From contig JBITNC010000001.1 of the NCBI GenBank assembly GCA_050084985.1, positions 99,758,001 to 99,822,000 on the forward strand: a DNA stretch of 64,000 nt. Direction: 5' to 3'. This DNA comes from Nageia nagi (Eukaryota > Plantae > Pinophyta). The position numbers were made by a program, and so were the translations under genes. The notes below the pieces were generated by a model. That model saw only the letters and a list, made by a program, of their open reading frames with translations. It made no database searches and was not told the origin of the DNA. This document shows positions 54,301 to 64,000 of the stretch, piece after piece (within the stretch, counting starts at the first letter, position 1; each line of letters opens with the position of its first letter).

Positions 54301-57300
54301 TCGAGGGAGTTACAATCTGTATCTCCAATCTCACTCAGTTGGTCAATGATTCTTGCAATGGGCATCATGGGCTCTAACGTATGTTCAAGAGTGATGGGAC
54401 TGTCCATCGTGAGCTTTTCTGCTTCCTATCTTTGATATTCTAAGCAACTAATGCCATCTTGTTCCTGTCTAAGAGAACAACACAGTGTTAGAGGAGTCTT
54501 GGGAAGCTTGTGGCACCTTCTAGGCAAGCTAAGAGAATGTTTCAAAAAATTGGGATTTTGGGCATTTTTTCTCTAAGTGTGCCATCATTGAAAAATGTCA
54601 AGGTTTGCAATTTTCAAAGCCTTCCGGTTGAGTTTAAGGTGACACAAAGGTAGCTGCCTCAAAGGGGAATGCCTTGGCAAAAAATTTGGATGATTGGAGA
54701 ATTTTCAAGTTTTTCTCAAAAAAAGTTGACTTTTTCAACAAGAAAAAGTGGTGAAATTTGGCAAAATTGGCGAATGGTGTTTCAAACTTTGAAATGGCCA
54801 AAATGGACTTCAAAAACAATTTTTGGAGTTTTCTAAAATTGTTTTGGATTTTTTTCAAGAAATGAGGATTTTGAGCACTCAGATCTTGGATCTTATGAAT
54901 TTTTTTGTGTTTTTTAGCTGAAAATAAAATTTGATCATATGGATAAAGGGGATCCATAAAAGTGATCAAACTTGAAATCTGAAAAAATAAATTTTCAAGT
55001 GTTTGAGGGTTTGAAAAATGGGTTTTTATGAAAAAATCCTCAAAACTTGGAAAAAATGGAGTTCATGTGGATGGAGGATGCTTGGATTTCGAATTTTAAT
55101 GGAGTTTGGGTAAACGGCCAAGATACTAAGTGTTTGAAAAGTCCTCCAAGGCTGGAAAAATGGCTTCTTTTCTCACTTGGCTCTCAAATTCTCAAAAAAT
55201 TGGGTAGCATAAGGGTGCGAAAATGAAAGGTGAGCAAAACATGTCACTTCCACATCAACCCTAGAGCTCAACACTCCCACTTTGGACTATTCTCTCTCAA
55301 ACCCAATGTTGGAAATCATGAGAAAACTTGGAAAAAAGTCAAAACCTGCACCTAGATGGGGGGGAAGGAGCAGATTTGGTGCAATGGGGGAGGTCTTGAA
55401 GCAAAGATGATGACCTTGGAATGCTCTACAACCTTCATGCTTCAGATATGGATTTTGAATTTTGAGATTTTTGAAGGAAAATCCAAATTTTTTTAGTTTT
55501 CTCAGCCCTTAAATCCTTTTTGGATGCAAAAGGTGGTTTTTAGGGGATTGTGTGAACCAAATTGCACAAATGATAGATCAAAATGGTGTAGAATCTACCT
55601 CATAGAAGTGAAAAATTGCAATTTTGGGCACTTTTAGGGATCAAGGAGGCTAGGTGCAAGTTTTAGGATGTTTAGGCAAGTTTTGAAAAACGAAAAAATG
55701 GGGGATAACTTGCAAAACCAGTGCCTACCTTTTAGGGGGGCAAAAATTAGTTTTTGAGCAAATTTGCAAGAGGCAAAGATGCTTGCATTTGGATTTTGAA
55801 CCCTACCTTTGTTTCCAATTTTGTTTTTGGGATTTTTGAAATTTCTTGGAAAATTTTGGAGCTCTCCCATTGGCTGATCCAAATTTTGGGATTTTGAGGG
55901 ACTAGATCAACTTTTTTCCAAAAACTTAAAACATGAAAGAGATACAAAATTGTATTTCTCATACTCCTAGGATAAAAAAATTTGATTTTTGGGCAAAAAA
56001 TGAGGGCTTGCAAGCAAGCCGCAGGGTTTAGGGGCTTTGGCATGTTTTTTGGAAATTTAGAAAATGGGGGAAACAAGCCAAAACCGCCACCTAGCATTTT
56101 GAGGGGTTAAACTTGATTTTTTCACAACATTGCAAGAGGCAATGTTGATCTCCTTTGAATTTTGCAACCTACCTCACTTTCATTTTTTGATTTGACCAAT
56201 TTTGGAAAATTTTGAGAAAATTTGGAGCCCTCTCATTGGTCAATCGAAATTTGATGATTGAGGAGGTAGATTTTATTTTTTTAGGAAAGTCAAATCATCA
56301 AACTTGTGTGGAATCCCATCCTATACCCCTTGAAGGTCAAAATTTTCAATTTTTTTCAAATTTGGGGCACAAGAAGGGTAGGCGCAGGTTGTAGGATGTT
56401 TGGGGTGTTTTGAAGATTTTAAAAAATGAGGGAAAACACCCAAAACCAGCGCCTAGCTCTAGGAGGTTAAAATTTGCTCAATTTTGAAAATTCCAAGAGG
56501 AAAGGTGTTTAATTTTTGATTTGCCACCCTACCTCATCTTTGGATTTTCATTTTTGCAATTTTGAAATTTTCAAAATTTTGGAGCATTCCTATTGGCTGT
56601 TCTTTTACTCATTTTCCTGTTTTTCTCACTTTCAGTAGAGCAAAACTCATCGAAATCGCAAACTTGAAAGACCAATTTGATGTAGAATCGCGATCTCTAC
56701 GCTCCTGAACTCTAAAATTGCCATTTCGGATCAATTTGGGCCTCCCAAAAGGTAGGCGCAGGTTTTGAAGAGAATAGGCCATTTTTCGAAATTTACTACA
56801 TGAGAGAAAACTTGCAAAACTCCCCTTTAACTTTTTGGAGGTCAAAAATCGAATTTTTTCGAAATCTCCAAGAGTAGAGTGGCCTTAATATGTCATTTGG
56901 CACCACACCTCTCGGATTTTCATTCCGAGCACTTTGGAAAAAACTTAATTTTCGGGCTCAAACCAAAGCTTTTCGAAGGCCAAAACACTCATTTCTTGAT
57001 CCTAGCACATAAGGGTATTGAAACTTGTTTTCCTCATTCATCTTGGGCTATACTATACATTCCCGACCTTCTCCATCTTTTATGGCCCAAACAGTGCATT
57101 TTCGGCATTTCCAAACTCTAAGTATGAATTTTGACCATTTCTGGCTTGTCCAAACTTTTCCGAGCTCGAACGGTGAAAAAACATTCATTTCCAACATTTT
57201 CGGTATTTCAAGCTCAAAGTCTATATTTTTGGCCTTTCCGGACTCAAGATATGCAAAAACACTCATTTCCGACCTTTTCGGGCATTTCCGGGCTCTTTGA

Positions 57301-60300
57301 GCTCAAACTTGCATTTTTGGTCATTTTCGAGCTTCTTGGGTTCAAATTGTGCAAAAACGCACATTTTTAGCATAGTGACCACTTCCGGGCTCAAAATTGA
57401 CAAAAACGCACTTTTTGGCTGTAGATGCCCTTTTCAGGCTCAATTTGTGCAAAAACAGGCATTTTCATCATCTTAACTGTATCCACTGCTCCTAGGCTCA
57501 AACTTGACGAAAAACACACCTTTTGTCGTCTTGGCGCCTTTGTTGCTCAAATTTGCCAAAATGATACCTTTTCTGCCCTGATGGCCATTCGTTCAAAACT
57601 CCATTGTCTGGATGCTATCGCAATCCAAAACTCCGTCCTCTGAGACACTACCTGAGACCGAGCCCTGACTTGGCCATTGGCTGCACTGAACTGTTTCCAT
57701 GACTCCGTGGCATGCTCGTGCATTGTTTGATCAATTTGCCGTTCTGGATATCCATATTGGTCGTAAGTTGATCATGCCTAGGCAATGTTGCTCATTGCCA
57801 TTTGAAAAAATTGGATCCCCAAAATGTTGCATCTTGGGGTGTGTTGTGCGGGCACAACAGATACATGTAAGAATTATTCATATATCAGCATGTATATAGT
57901 GTTGAAACTTAATTCCATTCCTGATAAATTTCAAATGTAAAGTTTGATCGCATCAAAATAAGGTTGACAAACATTGTATGCGTGAAAGGATCGAAAAAAA
58001 AGACATACAAAATACAAGGGGATTTTTTAACAGGGGTAAACACTGAAATATTTGTTTTTATCTTCGGTAGAAGTAATAAGCTCAAGCCTGAACAAGAAAA
58101 ATATATGTTATTTCCATTGACACTGTAGATAATCTTTGTACACATTGTCACAGTTTAAAACACAATTCCAATTGTGTTTCTTCATTAAAGAAGTCTATAA
58201 CCATTGTATACCATTTTTTTCATAGAAAAGGTTAAAGCTGAACAACTGCAAAGATACTGCACTATATAAGCAAGATAGTTCCAATCAGCCTCTTCAAGAA
58301 TTGAAGGAGAATAAAATAAGGGAGACAGTTGTTTTTGTATATTGTGTGTAGGGAAGAAAGAAAGAGATAAACCAACTGCATTAATGTCTAAATGGCAACA
58401 AACATGGACCCACGTTGAACAAGATTCAAAAAGATAACTTTGACTCTCATTAGCATTTAAATAATGAAACATATCTTCTATGATTGCGGAAGAAAAATTC
58501 AGAGTTTACAGAACATAAATCATTAATGACAGTAATCCTCTCCAGGCATATGTACAATGATGGCATATCAATTTTAATTGACTTCATATCTAACAAGTAA
58601 TAAAAAGTAGAATGCTTAGAATAAATATGAATTCTGTAATTATTGTTTACTAAAAATCAATACCAGGCAAGTAAATGAGAATTAATCACCTGCTAATGGA
58701 TTCACTCCAGCTTGCTTGTACAGTCGAGCAGTCTCAAGTTGTATCCTTTGCTGTATGACAATTACAAGAGACAAATCACAACCAATATTAACGATCATTG
58801 CTGACATCTTAAAGCCTCTAAACGAAACAAGCATATAACAAAATGCATCTTTTAGTTGGTTCAAAACTTCAAAGTAAAATATAACAAATCAAATTCCCTT
58901 TCTGACAATCATCCTAACTGTCCATTCAAACGAATCTCTATAAAGGGGAAACGTGCGACTGAATCAATGTCAGATAAATGAGATTTTGAAGTCTAGGAAC
59001 CAAAGTTTCTTATTGATGCAATAATCTAGCCTTACAAGAAATAATTTCACAACGGAACTATCTTAAGTAAATAGGTTCCTTGATCTAAACACTGTTACTT
59101 ATAATTTAAGTCTTCTTACATCAAAATTTAAGCTTTTAATCCAAAGCGAACCCCCAGCTCCCAAAGTCTTCTTACATCAAAATTTAAGCTTTTAATCCAA
59201 AGCAAACCCCCAGCTCCCAAAGTCTTCTTACATCAAAATTTAAGCTTTTAATCCAAAGCAAACTCCCAGCTCCCAAGAAAAATTAAAATATTTCTAACAA
59301 CAATTTTCTCAATTTTACAGTTAATGTTTAGAAATGTATTTCTAATGCCTTGGAAACCAAATAACATTTAGCAGTGATGACCACCCACAATCAGACAGGT
59401 AAAATGTAAATCAAAGTATGATTACCATGTTAAAGTACCATAAACACTTCAAGGAGAAAAACTACCTTTGATAGAATTCACATTCTAAATTATCACATGA
59501 GATGAATGAAGAACAAAATGTTCATAAAGGAAGCATAAAAAGAGATCAAAAAAGAGAAAAATTATTTAGATTAACATGGTCGACCTCTCTCATTTGAAAT
59601 GGAAGGTAAAATATATCTAGGAGTAAACCCAATAGTTTTCTTTCAATAGAAAAATGCACCAAATTTATCACCAAGTTATTGTGGAGCATTTATGATATTA
59701 GAAAGCAAAATAAAGTGACCTATAAGCTGGAATTTTCAACTCAATTTACGTACACCCATTATTACATGTTAATTTCTTAAATAACTCTTATAAGGATATA
59801 GCCAATTACTTCCCTGCTATGTCTAACTTGAAAAAGTAGAACAAAAAGCCATGACCCAATTAAGATACTGGAAGAAAGAACAAAAAAAGCAGAACTATCA
59901 TGTGAAGCTTCTGGAAAGGCATCATAGGAATGGATTCTAGCATTATTGTTCAACTGCAAAGTATTGATACAAATTATAATATATCACAATAATTTCCTTA
60001 GATAGAAAATTGAGACGAGAAGGAAAGCCAGATTATGGATAACAAGAAATTGATGTATCATTACAAATGGAGCAAAGGAAAACGGTATTTGGCCAAATTA
60101 ATTCAAATCTGTACAAGAAATTATCTCCCAGATCCATGTGAGAAATTCCAATCCATACAAGGAATTCAAGTCCATTCGTAAGAAGGACAACCTGCATTTC
60201 AAATCTGTACAAGCAATTTTGTACTGGAACCATACAAGAAATGCAATTCTGGACACAAGAGAAGAGAAACTGCATTTTAAAACCTTACAAGGAATTCAGA

Positions 60301-61358
60301 TTCCACATTTTAAAACTTTACAAGAAGATCCATATGAAAAATTCAGATACATACAGGTTCTTGTGATTAATGTATGCCTCTCTTACAGTAGGACAAGGTG
60401 TAGAGAAGGAACTAAGGGGATTGGGTGAAGTTCATAGTTATTTTAACTATTCTTCATCTGATTGATAAGAGTGTCTGGAAACATGGTTCTAACCTTGAAC
60501 GCTGAAGAGATTGTTTGTCAAACATTATTTCCATAGTTTGTAAAAGCATCTCCTCCCATTAATGTAAACCATATAGCAGAAGATACTAAACATCAACAAA
60601 CAATCCAAGGAGTTGACAAGTAGTTTAAGTTTAGCCAATTCGCTAAGCATTAAAATGATCTAGCCCTTAATTTCAAACAGCTCACTACAAAATTATCTAG
60701 CATCTCAAAGTTCAAAGCCGAATGATCCTTGTGTAGACCAAAAGAAAGGCAATCTAACTCATAGTCACAAAACGATCAGAGAAGCAAATTAACAGACCGT
60801 ATAGTCAGAATGTGGTCTCCAACAAACAATTCATTCATGAAGAGCATTTTCCAGCAGCATTCTCCATTAGAAAGTATTTAGGACAGAAAGAATCACTTTA
60901 ATTGATCTGTTTTCAAAGATTCATGACTCAGTCTCAAGCCAAGGCTGTTAAATACCATTTGTTTAGAAACAATTGTCCAAACATGAATGCATTAGAAAGT
61001 CATTTAACGGTTACTTACAGTGAGGTTTACTGATTCTAGAGGAAGAACTATTAAGAATTTAAGTAAATATAAAAAACAAGCACCTCTATGTTTCTTCTAG
61101 TTGTTTTCCATGGACAAAAAAATTATCAATAGCATCCTTTACAATCTCTAAAATTCTAAATAGAAGTAATTAAGCACTGAAAATTGGTTTAAAACAAACT
61201 CATCTGGCTACATATTCCTCCACTGGAAACACTGAACAAGCTAAAACAAGATACAATGAGTACAAAGTGGAATAAGAACAAACCTGATCACCTTCATATC
61301 GGTCCCTGATGGCTTTTATTTTGGGTTGAAGGTTCTGCATGGCCAATGTTGACTCAAC
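24231..61358 (-). CDS. ALB3: ALB3 (chloroplast thylakoid YidC/Oxa1/Alb3 membrane insertase), 5'-partial; join of exons 61358-61284, 58750-58690, 49312-49239, 49076-48972, 45498-45391, 45218-45115, 25158-24991, 24867-24702, 24329-24231
   Basis: Manual splicing gives 960 nt in one frame with GT-AG at every junction: [16 protein letters not shown]...[51 protein letters not shown]...[32 protein letters not shown]...AGQAKRS...[12 protein letters not shown]. This is collinear with Arabidopsis ALB3 as I recall it. The basic C-terminal cpSRP43-binding motifs (AKRS, SKRSKR) favour ALB3 over ALB4. N-terminal exons lie beyond 64000. Confidence 0.96.
24702..24867 (-). CDS. ALB3: ALB3 exon ([12 protein letters not shown]...DSLSTEK)
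   Basis: 166 nt; TAG acceptor and AAG|GTAG donor; charged stromal tail. Confidence 0.88.
24991..25158 (-). CDS. ALB3: ALB3 exon ([22 protein letters not shown]...AGQAKRS...RRGER)
   Basis: 168 nt; AG/GT. Confidence 0.93.
25551..31648 (+). mobile_element. Complete, very young Ty3/Gypsy chromovirus (Reina-like) in an ALB3 intron, antisense to the gene
   Basis: 687-bp LTRs at 25551-26237 and 30962-31648 with no difference found; perfect TSD ACTTT; PBS TGGTATCAGAGC at 26239-26250; PPT GGGAGGGGAGGA before 30962. Confidence 0.98.
26280..30966 (+). pseudogene. Gypsy gag-pol with chromodomain (frameshifted)
   Basis: Gag with [14 protein letters not shown]; protease [10 protein letters not shown]; [11 protein letters not shown]; RNase H DCDASG; integrase HHCC and DDE motifs; GPY/F; chromodomain [16 protein letters not shown]. 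Broken by several small frameshifts. Confidence 0.95.
32491..32750. repeat. Diverged tandem duplication, ~128-bp unit x2
   Basis: TATGCTTT(G)GATCTGCTA.TGATTCATGACAGG...AAAGCCCA.CAAGCTAT...GGATGA occurs twice. Confidence 0.8.
33028..34424. mobile_element. Probable truncated LTR fragment
   Basis: Abrupt TGTTCCC start; internal repeated GAGCAAAACCTCATCCCT with small hairpins; cut off by the LTR starting at 34425. No partner LTR or TSD found. Confidence 0.4.
34425..35026 (+). mobile_element. Orphan 5' LTR (34425-35012) with Met-tRNA PBS
   Basis: TGTTAG...CCATCA followed by AA and TGGTATCAGAAC (35015-35026); no matching second LTR in the window. Confidence 0.75.
36087..36410 (+). pseudogene. rrn16: Plastid 16S rRNA 5' fragment (NUPT)
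   Basis: GTTTGATCCTGGCTCAG, ACACATGCAAGTCGGACGGGAAGTGGTGTTTCCAGTGGCGGA (plastid-type short V1) and ACACTGGGACTGAGACACGGCCCAGACTCC; ~320 nt, mutated at conserved positions and truncated. Confidence 0.93.
38002..38616 (-). pseudogene. Unknown-family ORF, copy 1 (205 codons, in-frame stops, no frameshift)
   Basis: [21 protein letters not shown]...[10 protein letters not shown]...LHPHEYY...LHWESTY...Ser/Asp-rich tail; paralogous to 38850-39428. Confidence 0.7.
38850..39428 (-). pseudogene. Unknown-family ORF, copy 2 (193 codons, in-frame stops, no frameshift)
   Basis: [20 protein letters not shown]...[10 protein letters not shown]...LHPQEYF...LQWSSTY...Ser/Asp-rich tail. Confidence 0.7.
39495..43694 (+). 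mobile_element. 5'-truncated Ty1/Copia element (Copia-C) with 3' LTR at 43368-43694
   Basis: Starts mid-gag ([10 protein letters not shown]); [51 protein letters not shown]; PPT AAGGGGGGG then TGTTAG...TTAACA. Confidence 0.9.
43750..44250 (+). mobile_element. Highly decayed Gypsy integrase-tail fragment
   Basis: Residual [12 protein letters not shown]...GEK-like translation; no intact frame. Confidence 0.3.
45115..45218 (-). CDS. ALB3: ALB3 exon ([35 protein letters not shown])
   Basis: 104 nt; AG/GT; the split TG|G codon is completed by the exon at 25158. Confidence 0.95.
45391..45498 (-). CDS. ALB3: ALB3 exon ([36 protein letters not shown])
   Basis: 108 nt; AG/GT. Confidence 0.95.
48738..48905. 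repeat. Short direct duplication with an adjacent inverted copy
   Basis: AACTAATGATCTATAAA.ACAAACAATTTC occurs at 48787 and 48847; its reverse complement GAAATTGTTTGTCTTCATAGATCATT lies at ~48752. Confidence 0.65.
48972..49076 (-). CDS. ALB3: ALB3 exon ([35 protein letters not shown])
   Basis: 105 nt; AG/GT. Confidence 0.95.
49239..49312 (-). CDS. ALB3: ALB3 exon ([24 protein letters not shown])
   Basis: 74 nt; AG/GT. Confidence 0.95.
51300..54457 (-). pseudogene. Decayed ~1000-codon accessory ORF inside the giant LTR-like unit
   Basis: Consecutive minus-strand segments: 54407-54138, 54107-53676 ([28 protein letters not shown]), 53631-53251 ([16 protein letters not shown]), 52773-52492 (acidic), 51932-51630, 51617-51300. 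ATG at 54457 is preceded by a pyrimidine tract and AG. Confidence 0.75.
55640..57620. repeat. Degenerate sub-repeats inside the giant LTR-like unit (~365-bp period, then shorter GGCTCAAA-containing repeats)
   Basis: (G)GTAGGCGCAGGTT-like anchors at ~55650, 56015, 56377 and 56751; recurring GCTCAAA...AAAAAC at 57100-57600. Confidence 0.65.
58690..58750 (-). CDS. ALB3: ALB3 exon ([21 protein letters not shown])
   Basis: 61 nt; AG/GT; phase matches the next exon. Confidence 0.95.
59108..59275. repeat. Tandem repeat, 56-bp unit x3
   Basis: AAGTCTTCTTACATCAAAATTTAAGCTTTTAATCCAAAGC(G/A)AAC(C/T)CCCAGCTCCCA at 59108, 59164 and 59220. Confidence 0.95.
59520..60370 (+). mobile_element. Ancient Gypsy integrase/chromodomain remnant with possible LTR
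   Basis: RPLSFE...[26 protein letters not shown] and VHPLLHV remnants, followed by an internally repetitive TGTATCA... segment. Confidence 0.55.
61284..61358 (-). CDS. ALB3: ALB3 exon ([25 protein letters not shown])
   Basis: 75 nt; AG acceptor and GT donor; phase 0/0. Confidence 0.95.
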
Positions 61359-61923
61359 CTGTATAATTAAATTCAAAACAATACTCATTACAAATGAGCA
61401 CCAAAAGAAAAATATCTTCATCACTGTCAAAAAGGCAATGAAAAAAACTTGGCAGTTAAAAACATAACACAAGTATATGCACTGCTTCCGACTTCCAAGC
61501 ATTTATCAACCTTCAATTCTATTATTATGCATCTTTCCTGTAGCATGTTATACTTTCAGAGTCATCTAAACTTAAAAGCGAATCTAGGATATTCAATTTC
61601 TAAAATTCATGTTGATGTTGGTCTTTACCTTTCTGTTCACAAACAAATCTTCAAATTTGTATTTCATCCAAGAACCCATAGGTCCATCCATGATTTCTGA
61701 AGAAATGGGTCAGGTCTTGACATCTATTGATGACATAGTTCCAAGCATAATGGATGAACCTTAAGGAGGATTTTGTTTTGCAAAAGAAGGTTCGTAATAT
61801 GAGAAGGGGTCAGCAAGAGATTTGGTTAGTTGGGTTGCAAGGCCAGTTGCCTAAGAGAGCCAAATGGTATGATAAAACTAAGGTGGAGGAATTATTTCCT
61901 CATCTTATTAAAAAGTAAGCCAT

Positions 61924-62736
61924 TGTAGAACCAAATGCCTTTTCACTGGGGAGGTGTGATCAGGAGATCAGATTCTAGGAGTGAAAATCATTGCCAAGGG
62001 TCTTCATGCTCAATATCTGGTATAGTAAGCATAATGTCAATGCTACAGGTAGTGGTAGCACTAGGCTTGGTGATGCATTTGGTGTCAGGATTTTGAGAGA
62101 TTGAAGGGTTCAGTATTGGATGCATTTTGGAGGATTCTAGGTGTGTTTTAACATGAACTAGGCCTAGAAACAGTCTTCTACACAACTAACCCGATTTGGG
62201 AAGACCGACCTGGTGTTTGATCGGAGTATCTACCCGACTATCAGCGCTAGTGTTGCAGGCAACGTCAACACTAGGGCACAATGCGTGTTTCAAGGGAGTT
62301 GTATTGTTTATTAGCCATTTTGTAGTCGTTTAAAGAGTTGGAAGCCATTAGCAACTGAAGGGGCATCAGTTTTGATCTATATACTACCTTGAGCACTTCA
62401 TAGAAGGTTGTTGATTCATTGTAGATGAATTGATAGGATTTGAGAGTGGTTGTAAGGGTTTATGAATCCATGACTGATCATCTTGAAGCCATTAAAATTG
62501 CAGACCTGATACAATTGGTTGAGGAGTTTAAAAGGCTTAGAAGTTTGGAGTTGACGTTGTTAAAGGCAATTGTAATTATGCCTTGTCTTTATAATCTATT
62601 TCCATTCACTTAATTGATAAATACGAACTGGTTGAAGTGGATGTACTTCAATATTGAGGGTAACCACTACAAACACTTATGTCATCTTGTATGTGTGTTT
62701 GCAATATCTTTTACTTTGTTTCATTTCCTTTCTACA
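61924..62736. mobile_element. Solo LTR (813 bp)
   Basis: TGTAGAA...TTCTACA 7-bp inverted termini; TSD GCCAT/GCAAT; internal CTATATA. Confidence 0.75.
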
Positions 62737-63651
62737 GCAATATGCAATATATATAATGGATGATATAAGAAATTAATAAGCATAAGAAATCTATATTTGA
62801 GGATCCTAGTAAGCCATAGGCTTCAAGTGATTACATATCAAATACGCCTAGCACTCTAGCACCACAAAGCCAAAATACACATTCCTTGTTCCCAGTCCTT
62901 GGCAACCCTTGGGGTTCAATCAAATTGTTCAAGAATGTTTGCACATCAATTTTAACAACATCCCTATCATCTTCAAGATTATCATTTTCAAAATTATCTC
63001 CAGAATCATCTATGTAGGTTGCAACTATAGTTCGCCCTCCATTAGCACAAGTTGCCTGCCAACAAGCTTCCAATCCTCCATAATCTACATAAGCTCTATA
63101 TTTCTCCCCTTGTCAATTTGCAAAATCCTAATAGTTAAATCTCTATACTACATTTAGCTATTAATCTATTTTTATTCCATGGACATAGTAGTATCTTAAT
63201 ATACTATTCTCTTTTTTGTGTTCATAAATCAGTGCACTCAATTCTACATGAGTTTTTTTCTGCAAAAACGTTTTTCACCAAAACCCTAGGTTTCGTCGAT
63301 ATTTTTCTTAAATACAATGAACCTTAGACACCCTAAAACCTTTTCCCAAATTGTAGGTTTTTAGTGAAACCAATATCTTGGAAAAACCCTTATGAAAAAT
63401 CATCTAAAATCCAAAAAAAAACTACCTAATCCAAAGCCTTGTCAAAACCTTAGATTTGACCTTAGCGTATCATGGGTTTATGATTTCATATGAATCTAAT
63501 TGAACAATTTTTCAAAGCTAGTGTTATGGAAGAGAAATACTAATTTTTCTTACAACATAATCAAATTACTTAGAACAATCAAACACACAGAACAACTAGA
63601 ATAGTCAAAATGTTCAAAGTCCAACTCCACCCACTTCTAGGGTAAGTATAA

Positions 63652-64000
63652 TCAAAAACAACAAATTTAAGAAAACTATTGGATCTAGATAGGATTGAGA
63701 TAAAATCTATGACAATTGAGAATGATCCACATTGTTCTTACAAAAATCTCAACCAAACTCCTCTTTCCCTAGAAATACAAAATGCTTCTCTTCCTCAAGG
63801 TTACAAACCTCCAACATTTGAAATGTTTAATGTAAAAGGATTTCCAAAGCAACATCTATTATTATTTCAAGAATGCAATGTGAAATTTGGAAATGATGAC
63901 AAACAAATGGCTAGATTCTTCCCTAGGAGTTTAAAAGGTGTAACATTTGATTGGTTTTACAAGCTTATTCATAGATCTCTCCATAGTTTTGAAAAACTAG
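63652..64000 (+). mobile_element. Ty3/Gypsy (Tat/Ogre-type) gag fragment running off the window
   Basis: Open frame TPLSLEIQNASLPQGYKPPTFEMFNVKGFPKQHL...RFFPRSLKGVTFDWFYKL...SFEKL, a Retrotrans_gag-like pattern. Confidence 0.8.

Larger units (their letters stand above)
49984..57859 (-). mobile_element. 7.9-kb TG...CA element with perfect 5-bp TSD; probable giant solo LTR containing a long ORF
   Basis: GATAC|TGTTG at 49979-49988 and CAACA|GATAC at 57855-57864. No internal direct repeat of the termini, no obvious PBS/PPT and no gag/pol motifs seen. TATA-like CTATAA at 51008-51003 with AAACCCTA telo-boxes at 51016-51065. Confidence 0.85.

Noticed and set aside
54634-57899. Many Phe/Lys-rich short ORFs on both strands
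   Set aside because: They arise from A/T-tract sub-repeats and show no coherent protein signal.
59108-59275. CRISPR-like array
   Set aside because: The units are head-to-tail with no unique spacers, there are no cas genes, and the context is a eukaryotic intron.
24231-61358. ALB4 or mitochondrial OXA1 instead of ALB3
   Set aside because: The core is plastid Alb-type and the tail keeps the AKRS and SKRSKR motifs characteristic of ALB3.

Overview
This is AT-rich plant nuclear DNA, not a prokaryotic window. A large-genome gymnosperm-type host is inferred from the TE families and the intron scale. The only host gene is the 3' part of ALB3, the thylakoid YidC/Oxa1/Alb3 insertase, on the minus strand. 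Nine coding exons (61358 down to 24231; 960 nt, 319 aa plus stop) all have canonical GT-AG junctions, and introns reach ~20 kb. Downstream of the gene (1-21 kb) lie a three-level nest (Copia inside the LTR of an older Copia inside a full-length LINE), an ORF2-deleted LINE with TSD and poly(A), an RTE-like LINE and a 158-bp foldback. The ALB3 introns hold four notable inserts: (i) a very young chromovirus Gypsy with identical 687-bp LTRs; (ii) a chimeric LTR segment carrying a plastid 16S fragment and two tandem, paralogous, intronless ORFs of an unrecognised family; (iii) a 5'-truncated Copia; (iv) a 7.9-kb TG...CA unit with a perfect 5-bp TSD that looks like a giant solo LTR carrying its own ~1000-codon decayed ORF. 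The giant solo LTR and the tandem ORF pair are the best candidates for undescribed retroelement accessory-gene systems. All coordinates and comparisons were read by eye; no database search was run.
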